From the NCBI GenBank assembly GCA_038139415.1, contig JAYOSV010000001.1:94536-158535 (forward strand): a DNA stretch of 64,000 nucleotides, read 5' to 3'. Below, in pieces: positions 40,387 through 47,844 of the stretch. The DNA comes from Verrucomicrobiales bacterium (GTDB taxonomy: Bacteria; Verrucomicrobiota; Verrucomicrobiia; Limisphaerales; UBA1100). The number at the start of each line of letters is the position of its first letter. The stretch's first letter is position 1. The notes beneath the pieces were generated by a model. The model was not told the DNA's origin, searched no databases, and worked only from the letters and a program-made list of their open reading frames with translations. The translations under genes and the position numbers were made by a program.

Positions 40387-41021
40387 AGCAGATTCTCGTG
40401 GTGATGGCGTCGGTGGTTTTGGTGGGGTGTGGGGAATTCACGCCCTCAACGCCCAAGGGTAAGCCTGAAGTTCCTGAAACTACTCAAGCCGCAGAAGCCG
40501 TAGCAGAAAAAGACGAAGCCAGGGTAGCGGAATGGGTCTCTGACCCAAACGATCCCAACAACGTTACGATTGAGGTGGCGATTCGTAAATCACTCAAGTA
40601 CATTGGTGAATCTCCTACAGGCGAACTCACTCAAGCGGATTTGAAGAAGGTGACTGAGCTGGAACTCGATCGCAAACAACTGACCTCTGTGAAGGGGCTG
40701 GAGAAGCTCACGCAATTAGAGTCTCTTCATCTTTCCCACAATAAGCTAACCGATGTGAAGGGATTGGAGAATCTCACGCAGTTAAAGGAGCTGCCTCTCG
40801 ATGACAATCAACTGACCTCTGTGAAGGGTCTTGAGAATCTAACGCAGCTGGAGGGACTGTGGCTCCCCCGTAACCAACTGACAAATGTAAAAGGTTTGAA
40901 GAAACTCACGCGGTTAACGGAGCTGGATCTCATCGACAACCCCGCCCTCACCAGGGCGCAGATTGATGAACTGAAAAAGGCATTGCCCAAGTGCGACATT
41001 CGCAGCAACCCCACGAAGTAA
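40383..41021 (+). CDS. Leucine-rich repeat lipoprotein
   Basis: MKQILVVMASVVLVGC lipobox; 22-aa LRRs LTxVKGLExLTQLxxLxLxxNQ. Confidence 0.92.
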   Translation: MKQILVVMASVVLVGCGEFTPSTPKGKPEVPETTQAAEAVAEKDEARVAEWVSDPNDPNNVTIEVAIRKSLKYIGESPTGELTQADLKKVTELELDRKQLTSVKGLEKLTQLESLHLSHNKLTDVKGLENLTQLKELPLDDNQLTSVKGLENLTQLEGLWLPRNQLTNVKGLKKLTRLTELDLIDNPALTRAQIDELKKALPKCDIRSNPTK

Positions 41022-41120
41022 CCGCCCGCATTCCTCTCCGTGAAACTCCTTGAGCGCGTTAGCGAACGGACGATCTTACAGAAGTTCGCGTAGCTTTTAA
41101 GGGAATCTGGATTGGTTTCT

Positions 41121-41149
41121 TTGACGGATTACCAAAAATTTGCCAATAT
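41121..41149 (+). promoter_or_regulatory. sigma70-type promoter of the candidate sRNA
   Basis: TTGACG (41121-41126), N17, CAATAT (41144-41149). Confidence 0.65.
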
Positions 41150-41154
41150 CGACT

Positions 41155-41228
41155 TGGCCACGCCTGCACCGGCGATAAAGGCCACAAGCCAAAGTCCTCC
41201 CGGTAAGCTTTATCGGGGGGGCTTTTTT
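41155..41228 (+). ncRNA. Candidate small RNA antisense to the porin mRNA
   Basis: Lies between a promoter and a terminator; 41155-41181 is identical to plus-strand 6622-6648, i.e. complementary to porin mRNA nt +32 to +58. Confidence 0.65.
41193..41228 (+). terminator. Intrinsic terminator of the candidate sRNA
   Basis: 14-bp stem AGTCCTCCCGGTAA/TTATCGGGGGGGCT (3 G-U pairs), loop GCT, then a U tract. Confidence 0.8.
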
Positions 41229-41369
41229 AAGGGGTAACAATCATTGCCATCTTTACCATCCGAATCCACGCTTGTTGAGGATGCCAATCAACCTTTTAAA
41301 TGAGGTTTTGCATGGTTATGGGTTGCTGGCATCTCCAAGTAAAAGTCATTTTTAACCAAAAGAATATTC

Positions 41370-41744
41370 ATGGACGATAAAAACAGTGAGATAAGGAAAA
41401 TTCGAATCGAGCTGCAGTGGCTTTCTTGGGGGTTAGTAAAGGTTCCGCTGATTGCCCTCGGTTTGTTTGCCATATATAGCCTTTTAAATCGTTCGGGAGG
41501 TGATGTTGAAGAGGCTAACTCAGGGGTGCAAAATTCTCTGGATCGGGTATGCAAGACAACGGCTGACGGTCGTTTAGCGGTTGAAGTTGGGAATCGTACT
41601 TTATTCCTGGATAATGTCCCGATTTATGAGCAGCTGAGTGCAGAGGAAAAATGGCAGTTTTGGGATGCTGACGAGAGTGGAGTGGCTAGCGAAGAGGAAA
41701 TCGAGGCTGGGATTTTAAAGCTTCAAAGCCAAGAGAGTGACTAG
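41370..41744 (+). CDS. Hypothetical single-TM protein with an EF-hand-like motif
   Basis: N-terminal TM; DADESGVASEEE near the C-terminus. Confidence 0.7.
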   Translation: MDDKNSEIRKIRIELQWLSWGLVKVPLIALGLFAIYSLLNRSGGDVEEANSGVQNSLDRVCKTTADGRLAVEVGNRTLFLDNVPIYEQLSAEEKWQFWDADESGVASEEEIEAGILKLQSQESD

Positions 41745-41797
41745 ATATTAATCAACTCCATTTGACACTTTAAGATTGGTTATTAAATCATTTTTGT

Positions 41798-42382
41798 ATG
41801 AAAAATCCCGCGGCATCCTACTTATTAATATTTTTTGCGGCCAGCTCAGTGTTGTGGGCAGAAGACACGCCAAACAATAATCAGCTAATTCAAGATCCAT
41901 TGGAGGATTTCCGCGGTGAAGATGTTGAGGCAAACTGGATGACAGTGAATGACAACGTTATGGGAGGGCGCTCTAAAGGAGGGTTTTCTGTGAAAAAGGG
42001 TAAGCTGCTTTTTTCAGGTTCAACCAATACGAATGGCGGTGGGTTTTCTTCTATCAGAATGAAACCTAGGGAAATGGATTTAGCCGGCAAAAAAGGCGTA
42101 GTAATTCGTTTCAAGGGTGATGGCCGTACTTATAAGTTTGATGCTCGCATGGGGAGAAGCTCCATAGCTCATCGGGCGGATTTCAAAACTGAAGCCAATC
42201 CCAAGGGATGGCAGACGGTGCAAATTCCTTTTGCTGACCTAACAGCAACCTGGCGAGGTATGCGATTACCTCTTGAGCGGGCTAAATTGGATGTGGAAAA
42301 AATCAGCGGTATGGGCTTCATGATTTACGATAAAAAAGATGGCCCATTCGAACTCAAAGTTGATTGGATAAAGACTTATTAA
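41798..42382 (+). CDS. Exported CIA30-family protein
   Basis: VNDNVMGGRS, NGGGFSSIR, KGDGRTYKF. Confidence 0.88.
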   Translation: MKNPAASYLLIFFAASSVLWAEDTPNNNQLIQDPLEDFRGEDVEANWMTVNDNVMGGRSKGGFSVKKGKLLFSGSTNTNGGGFSSIRMKPREMDLAGKKGVVIRFKGDGRTYKFDARMGRSSIAHRADFKTEANPKGWQTVQIPFADLTATWRGMRLPLERAKLDVEKISGMGFMIYDKKDGPFELKVDWIKTY

Positions 42383-42443
42383 TCCTCGGTTCTAACAGAT
42401 TTTGTGGGTTGTGCTCTGAGCCATGAGGAAATAGGTTTCCTCG

Positions 42444-43271
42444 GTGACGGTTCAAAAAAAACTCAATACAACACTTCTGTTTCTCGCCCTAGCAAACTCC
42501 CTGGTTTCACAGGATACAAAGAAAGAGTTTGATCGGAGCCCTCAGAACATTGGCTCCGTATTGGTATTTTCTGGCACTGGCTGGTACCGGCACCCGGAGG
42601 TGGCGGCGATCAGTGGATGGTTGGCTCGACGTTCGCCCGAGCTACAAATGCAGGTGGATGTGTCGGAGAATCCAAAAGATTTGCTGACGAATCTTCATAA
42701 ATATCAGGTGCTTGTGCTTAATAATAACACGGAGTTAACGGCAATCCTTGATGCCCGACATCAGGCGGCTGTGCGTGATTGGTACAGGAAGGGAGGCGGC
42801 ATTGTCGCATTGCATGCAGCTCTAGTAAGGCAGACAGAATGGAAGTGGTTTAACAATTTGGCTGGGTGCGATTTTGATAGTGATTCCGAGTATCTTGAAG
42901 CTCGTATCATAGTTGACCCCAAGGCCAAGGATCATCCCGCCGTTCGAGGTCATGGAATGAGTTTTCGGTATAAGGCCGATTGGACGAATCACGACCGCAC
43001 TGTGACAGGCCTCAAGGGTTTTCAGGTGTTACTTCGAGTCGATGAATCCAGCTATGATCCTGTGCGTGATTTTTTCAAAACCCGTGGCGGCAAAGCCATG
43101 GGTAAGGATCATCCGGTTGCCTGGCTGCACACCAACGATGGAGGCCGTTTCTTTTACACCGAGCTGGGCCACGATGTCCGGTCATTGGAAACCCCGTTTG
43201 GTCGGCAGCACATCACCGAAGGCATTCGGTGGGCCGCGGGATTGAAACCGTTGCCTAAGAAAAAGAAGTAA
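42444..43271 (+). CDS. ThuA-domain (class I glutamine amidotransferase-like) secreted protein
   Basis: VFSGTGWYRH, GGGIVALH, MGKDHPVAW, GRFFYTELGH. Confidence 0.88.
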   Translation: MTVQKKLNTTLLFLALANSLVSQDTKKEFDRSPQNIGSVLVFSGTGWYRHPEVAAISGWLARRSPELQMQVDVSENPKDLLTNLHKYQVLVLNNNTELTAILDARHQAAVRDWYRKGGGIVALHAALVRQTEWKWFNNLAGCDFDSDSEYLEARIIVDPKAKDHPAVRGHGMSFRYKADWTNHDRTVTGLKGFQVLLRVDESSYDPVRDFFKTRGGKAMGKDHPVAWLHTNDGGRFFYTELGHDVRSLETPFGRQHITEGIRWAAGLKPLPKKKK

Positions 43272-43275
43272 TTGC

Positions 43276-43311
43276 TTGTCGCCGGTTCGCCGGTGTTTCA
43301 ACGTCACCCCA
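43276..43311 (+). repeat. Degenerate direct repeat of the tRNA-His 3' half (att-like)
   Basis: TTGTCGCCGGTTCG equals 39731-39744, followed in order by CCGGT and TCACCCCA (the tRNA 3' end). Confidence 0.55.
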
Positions 43312-43643
43312 TGAAGCATGTTCTATCCATTCTAGGCGTCCTAATCTTGGCCGGGTGCGTAGTGATCCCGAGCAAACGGGTGACCTTTAACGACATCAAA
43401 ATTGGCATGCCTCGGGATGAGGCCGTGGCGCTGCTGGGCAAGCCAAGCCGGGTGTCGGCCAAAGGTAATGTGGAAAATCTGTACTACAACGAATCCGCGC
43501 TCTACATCGGCATCTTGGGAATTGGCAAGGTGCGGAACGACAAGCGCGAATACGAGATGCGCTTGGTCGACGGCAAAGTGGCGTCCTTCGGTGAAGTCGG
43601 CGAATACATTGAGGAAGACGACGAATCAGATTCGGATAATTAA
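43311..43643 (+). CDS. Small lipoprotein, SmpA/OmlA (BamE)-like
   Basis: LILAGC lipobox; IKIGMPRDEAVALLGKP. Confidence 0.8.
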   Translation: MKHVLSILGVLILAGCVVIPSKRVTFNDIKIGMPRDEAVALLGKPSRVSAKGNVENLYYNESALYIGILGIGKVRNDKREYEMRLVDGKVASFGEVGEYIEEDDESDSDN

Positions 43644-44105
43644 CGGACGCCTTCTTTTTTCCACGCACGCTTTTCACGCGAGGGCTCTTTCCATCCTCGT
43701 TCTTCTGCCCATTTTTTCCAAATCGCATATTTCTTGTTAGCCCTTAACAAGGCAGCAATGGGAAGAAATAGTAAAATGACGCTTAATATTCCGGCTGCCC
43801 AACTCAGTTCGGATTTGTCATTTGTTACTCCACTAATGCCAAGCGAGAGTAATACTACTGAAGAAATAACAAAATATGTCCACAAGCAACCGACCCCCCA
43901 TGGGCCATAAAAAGCTAAATCCATATTTCGGGGTGCTGTCATTTTTTTTGCCGCATTCTCGACAACGAATAACTTGATTAGTGCGCGGGGTAGGGCTTGA
44001 GTTGTTGTCTCCTGAATGTGCGCGTACACTTTGAATCCCGAAATTATTGTGCGCCTGACAGTTCCAACAATACGGCTTGTCGTACTTGGGTTTTTGAGGG
44101 TCTAT
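43640..44105 (-). pseudogene. Frameshifted Zn-ribbon plus two-TM protein gene
   Basis: Upstream frame YCWNCQAH...CRECGKK joins the downstream frame MTAPRN...TM-TM if the A8 run (43942-43949) is A7; apparent start is ATA at 44105. Confidence 0.65.
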
Positions 44106-44216
44106 TAAGATGGCAGATTTATGTTAACCTGAGGACGGGTGCTCCTCAAGGGAGTTATCTGAACTCAGAAAGTGATGGTCCGTCAGTCGAGTCCGTCTCA
44201 ATGTGGAATTGTACTT

Positions 44217-45641
44217 TTAAAACGCCGCCGAACGCGGTGTCCGCGGGAATGGAATTACGTCGCGTACGTTAGCCATGCCGGTGGCGTAGATGAGGGTGCG
44301 CTCGAAGCCGAGGCCGAAGCCGGCGTGGGGGACGGTGCCGTATTTGCGCAGGTCGCGGTACCACCAGTAATCGTCCTTCTCCAAATCCAATTCCTCGAGG
44401 CGGGCGTCGAGGACGTCGAGGCGTTCCTCGCGTTGGGAGCCGCCGATGATCTCGCCGATGCCGGGCGCGAGCACATCCATGGCGGCAACGGTGTTGCCGT
44501 CGTCGTTCATGCGCATGTAGAAGGCCTTGATGTCCTTCGGATAATTCATCACCACCACCGGCCGGCCAATGTGTTCCTCGGTGAGCCAGCGTTCGTGTTC
44601 GCTCTGCAAATCCATGCCCCATTTCACGGGGAATTCAAACTTGTGCCCAGCGGCGACCGCCTTCTCCAGCCGCGCGATGGCGTCGGTGTAATCCATGCGC
44701 TCGAAGCTGGCATCGACAAATTTCTCGAGCCGCTCAGTACAGCCTTTGTCCACGCGTTGCTGGAAAAACGCCATGTCATCGCCGCGCTCATCGAGAAGCG
44801 TGCGGAAGATGCTCTTCAGAAAATCCTCGGCCAAATCGGCGTCGTCGGACAGATCAGCAAAGGCAATCTCCGGCTCGATCATCCAAAACTCCGCGAGATG
44901 CCGTGAGGTATTGGAATTCTCCGCGCGAAAGGTCGGTCCAAAGGTGTACACCTTGCTCAAGGCAAGACAGTAGCTCTCCACGTTCAACTGGCCGGACACG
45001 GTCAGATTGGTTTCCTTGCCAAAAAAATCCTGCGCAAAATCCACCGCGCCGCTCTCGGTGCGTGGCAAGTTTTCAAGATCCAGCGTGCTCACGCGAAACA
45101 TTTCGCCCGCGCCCTCGCAATCGCTGCCGGTCACAATTGGCGTGTGCACCCAGTAAAACCCGTTCTCGTGAAAGTACCGATGAATGGCATTCGCCACGCA
45201 ATGCCGTACTCGGGCCATCGCGGAAAAGGCATTGGTGCGTACGCGCAAATGCGCCTGCTCGCGGAGGTACTCAAAGGTATGCCGCTTGGCCGGCATGGGG
45301 TAGGTCTCGGGATCGTCCACCATACCCACCGTCTCAATGCGCGTGGCCAGCAGTTCGACACTCTGGCCCTTGCCCTCGGAGGCAACCACCTCGCCCTCGG
45401 CAATGAGCGAACAGCCGGTGGTTAGGTTCTGCACGTCAGTGGCGTAATTCTCTAGTTCGCCCGGCGCCACCACCTGCGCAGGCTCGAAGCAGGAGCCGTC
45501 GTGCAGCTGCACAAACGATAGACCCGCCTTGGAATCGCGCCGCGTACGCACCCAGCCTCGTAGTCTGATCCGATCGCCCACCGCCACGCCATCCTGCGTC
45601 AGCAATGCAGCCACCGAAATCAGCCGGAAATCCTCGCTCAT
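44217..45641 (-). CDS. asnS: Asparagine--tRNA ligase
   Basis: [42 protein letters not shown]. Confidence 0.97.
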   Translation of the reverse strand: MSEDFRLISVAALLTQDGVAVGDRIRLRGWVRTRRDSKAGLSFVQLHDGSCFEPAQVVAPGELENYATDVQNLTTGCSLIAEGEVVASEGKGQSVELLATRIETVGMVDDPETYPMPAKRHTFEYLREQAHLRVRTNAFSAMARVRHCVANAIHRYFHENGFYWVHTPIVTGSDCEGAGEMFRVSTLDLENLPRTESGAVDFAQDFFGKETNLTVSGQLNVESYCLALSKVYTFGPTFRAENSNTSRHLAEFWMIEPEIAFADLSDDADLAEDFLKSIFRTLLDERGDDMAFFQQRVDKGCTERLEKFVDASFERMDYTDAIARLEKAVAAGHKFEFPVKWGMDLQSEHERWLTEEHIGRPVVVMNYPKDIKAFYMRMNDDGNTVAAMDVLAPGIGEIIGGSQREERLDVLDARLEELDLEKDDYWWYRDLRKYGTVPHAGFGLGFERTLIYATGMANVRDVIPFPRTPRSAAF

Positions 45642-45806
45642 GGGCGAAGAATACCGCGCGGATGGCTTGGGAGTCCAAGGGAAGTTTTGCGCATGGTATA
45701 CTTCTGTGTATCAGGTGCAAAATGTTGTTGGCCCTAATGAGGAATGAACGAATTTTGCACACCTTGAGTTATTAACCCATTAGGTGCCCGAAGAGGTGAG
45801 ATCTTC

Positions 45807-45893
45807 TCACATTAATAAAATGCACCCAACGCAGATTGCGACAGTCAATACTGTTAGAGCGGCGAAGATGTAGTCGATTGTCCCAGCTTTCAT
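45807..45893 (-). CDS. Unannotated 28-aa single-TM small protein
   Basis: MKAGTIDYIFAALTVLTVAICVGCILLM; SD GGAGG 8 nt upstream; sigma54-type promoter just upstream. Confidence 0.65.
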   Translation of the reverse strand: MKAGTIDYIFAALTVLTVAICVGCILLM

Positions 45894-45920
45894 ATTTCTA
45901 TCCTCCATGGTCCAAATGTA

Positions 45921-45936
45921 AGCGCGTCGTGTGCCA
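45921..45936 (-). promoter_or_regulatory. sigma54 -24/-12 promoter (small protein)
   Basis: Minus strand TGGCACACGACGCGCT, GG-N10-GC. Confidence 0.6.
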
Positions 45937-45948
45937 GTTTCATTAGGT

Positions 45949-45964
45949 TGGCATGGTAATAGCT
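45949..45964 (+). promoter_or_regulatory. sigma54 -24/-12 promoter (LysR gene)
   Basis: TGGCATGGTAATAGCT, GG-N10-GC. Confidence 0.6.
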
Positions 45965-45981
45965 TTCATTGTTTTTAGATA

Positions 45982-46935
45982 ATGAATGAATTGAATTCAT
46001 ACACGAATAATCCCTTGGACAGTCGCCAGTTACGGGCGTTTCTCATGCTCGCGCGCATGGGTAGCTTCACGAAAGCAGCCAAAGAGCTGCACCTCACGCA
46101 GTCCGCCGTGAGTCATGCGATGAAGGCGTTGGAGGAGGATGTGGGCTGTCGCCTTTTAGACAGGGTGGGGAAAAAGGTTCTGCTGACTCAGGCGGGCGAA
46201 CAATTTTTCCAGCGCGTCGATAAAATCTTTGGCGAAATGATTCTCGCGCGGGCGGAGTTGGATCAACTCGGCGAATGGGGCCGGGGCCGTTTGCGCGTGG
46301 GCGCCAGTGCGGCCGCCTGTCAGTACATCCTGCCGTCGGTTCTCCGTGAGTTTAAAAAAGAGTTTCCCAAGTGCCGACTAAGCATTGAGCCGGGAGACAC
46401 CAAAGAGATCGTGGAATCGTTGCGCGCCAACGCGATCGATGTGGCTGTGACTTTGGAGCCCGAACGCGAATCAGACTTTGTCTTCTCACCATTGTTCACG
46501 GATGAACTGATGTTCCTTGTAAACCCCAAGCATCCCTGGGCTGAGGCTCGGAGGGCCGTGCGGATGGAAATTCCACGTGAGCAGTATATCCTGTATTTTC
46601 GAAACAGCCGTACCTTTGAACAGATTGAGAACTATTTCCGAACCGAAAAAATGGTCATCAAATCCGTCATCGATATGGGCAGTATGTCCGCCATCAAGGA
46701 GCTGGTTAAGCTCGGTTTGGGCGTGACCATCCTGGCACCGTGGGTGGCGCAAAATGAATTGACCAAAAAATCGCTCGTGGCGTTGCCGCTCGGCCGTCGT
46801 AAACTCAAGCGCCAATGGGGCGTGCTGTATTGGAAAGAGCGCCCGATGGGCTGGGCGGAGGATACCTTCATCAAGCTCTGCCAATCCGGTGCGCGACAAT
46901 TCGCCGCTAGCAATGGCCTTCGCGCGCACGTATAA
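45982..46935 (+). CDS. LysR-family transcriptional regulator
   Basis: GSFTKAAKELHLTQSAVSHAMKALE, LTQAGE. Confidence 0.95.
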   Translation: MNELNSYTNNPLDSRQLRAFLMLARMGSFTKAAKELHLTQSAVSHAMKALEEDVGCRLLDRVGKKVLLTQAGEQFFQRVDKIFGEMILARAELDQLGEWGRGRLRVGASAAACQYILPSVLREFKKEFPKCRLSIEPGDTKEIVESLRANAIDVAVTLEPERESDFVFSPLFTDELMFLVNPKHPWAEARRAVRMEIPREQYILYFRNSRTFEQIENYFRTEKMVIKSVIDMGSMSAIKELVKLGLGVTILAPWVAQNELTKKSLVALPLGRRKLKRQWGVLYWKERPMGWAEDTFIKLCQSGARQFAASNGLRAHV

Positions 46936-46948
46936 ACGGCGCGTTCCC

Positions 46949-47779
46949 ATGAAGGCATATCGACTGAACCGTTTGTTCAACGCAAAATCCGGCCGCTGCT
47001 TTGATGTGGCTGTAGATCACGGGTTTTTTAATGAGCGCAGCTTCGTGCAGGGCATTGAGAATCTTGATGCCGCGGTGCAGTCCTTGGTGGAGGCGAATCC
47101 GGATGCCATTCAATTGACCGTCGGCCAGGCGCGTCTTTTGCAGCAGATTCCCGGCAAGCAAAAGCCAGCGCTCGTGTTGCGCACCGATGTGGCCAATGTC
47201 TACGGCACGGATCTGCCGGATCACCTGTTCAGCCGCGTGATCGAGGATGCCGCCGAACAGGCCGTACGGCTTGATGCCGCGTGTGTGGTGGTGAATCTCT
47301 TTCGCATCCCGGGCGCGCCGGAAGTGACCGACGATTGCATCCAAAACATCCTCGACCTCAAGCCGCAGTGCGACGCGTTGGCGATGCCGTTAATGATCGA
47401 ACCACTTGTATTCAAGCCCAACGCCGAGGTCGGCGGTTATCAGGTGGATGGGGATCTGGATAAAATTATGCCGCTCGTCCGACAGGCCTGTGAACTAGGG
47501 GCGGACGTAATCAAGGCAGATCCCACCAATTCTCCAGAGGATTACCATCAAGTCATCCAGATTGCAGGAGACATTCCGGTGCTCGTCCGCGGAGGGGGGC
47601 GCGTGAGCGATGAGGAGATTCTACAACGCACCCACGCCATTCTGGCACAGGGCGCGCGCGGTATCGTTTACGGCCGCAATATCATCCAGCACGCTAACCC
47701 CGGAGGCATGACACGCTCTCTCATGGCCCTCGTACACGATGACGCCACGCCGGAAGAAGCGGCTAAGCACCTGTATTAA
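46949..47779 (+). CDS. Class I (DhnA/LsrF-type) aldolase
   Basis: VAVDHG, ELGADVIKAD, VRGGG, GIVYGRNI. Confidence 0.9.
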   Translation: MKAYRLNRLFNAKSGRCFDVAVDHGFFNERSFVQGIENLDAAVQSLVEANPDAIQLTVGQARLLQQIPGKQKPALVLRTDVANVYGTDLPDHLFSRVIEDAAEQAVRLDAACVVVNLFRIPGAPEVTDDCIQNILDLKPQCDALAMPLMIEPLVFKPNAEVGGYQVDGDLDKIMPLVRQACELGADVIKADPTNSPEDYHQVIQIAGDIPVLVRGGGRVSDEEILQRTHAILAQGARGIVYGRNIIQHANPGGMTRSLMALVHDDATPEEAAKHLY

Positions 47780-47844
47780 AGGCGGATTTCTTTGACCTTT
47801 TTCGGCAAAACCCCTAGGTTCCGCCGTTCCTGAGGCGATTCAAT

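Larger units (their letters stand above)
39764..43311. mobile_element. Small integrase-less genomic island at tRNA-His
   Basis: Begins at the tRNA 3' end; several visibly AT-richer orphan genes; ends at a degenerate copy of the tRNA 3' half (43276-43311). Confidence 0.55.

Noticed and set aside
41016..41064. Post-stop repeat as an integron attC site
   Set aside because: TAAC...GTTA ends are present in one copy, but the element is only about 49 bp, internal pairing is poor, the other copy lacks AAC and no intI is present.
41798..42382. CIA30 protein as an assembly factor for the nuo operon
   Set aside because: It has a signal peptide and is unlinked to nuo; the family name alone does not support the role.
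45710..45800. Cobalamin riboswitch-like start (AGGTGC...TAATGAGGAA)
   Set aside because: Downstream conserved elements (GCCCCCGCAACTGT, B12 box) are absent.
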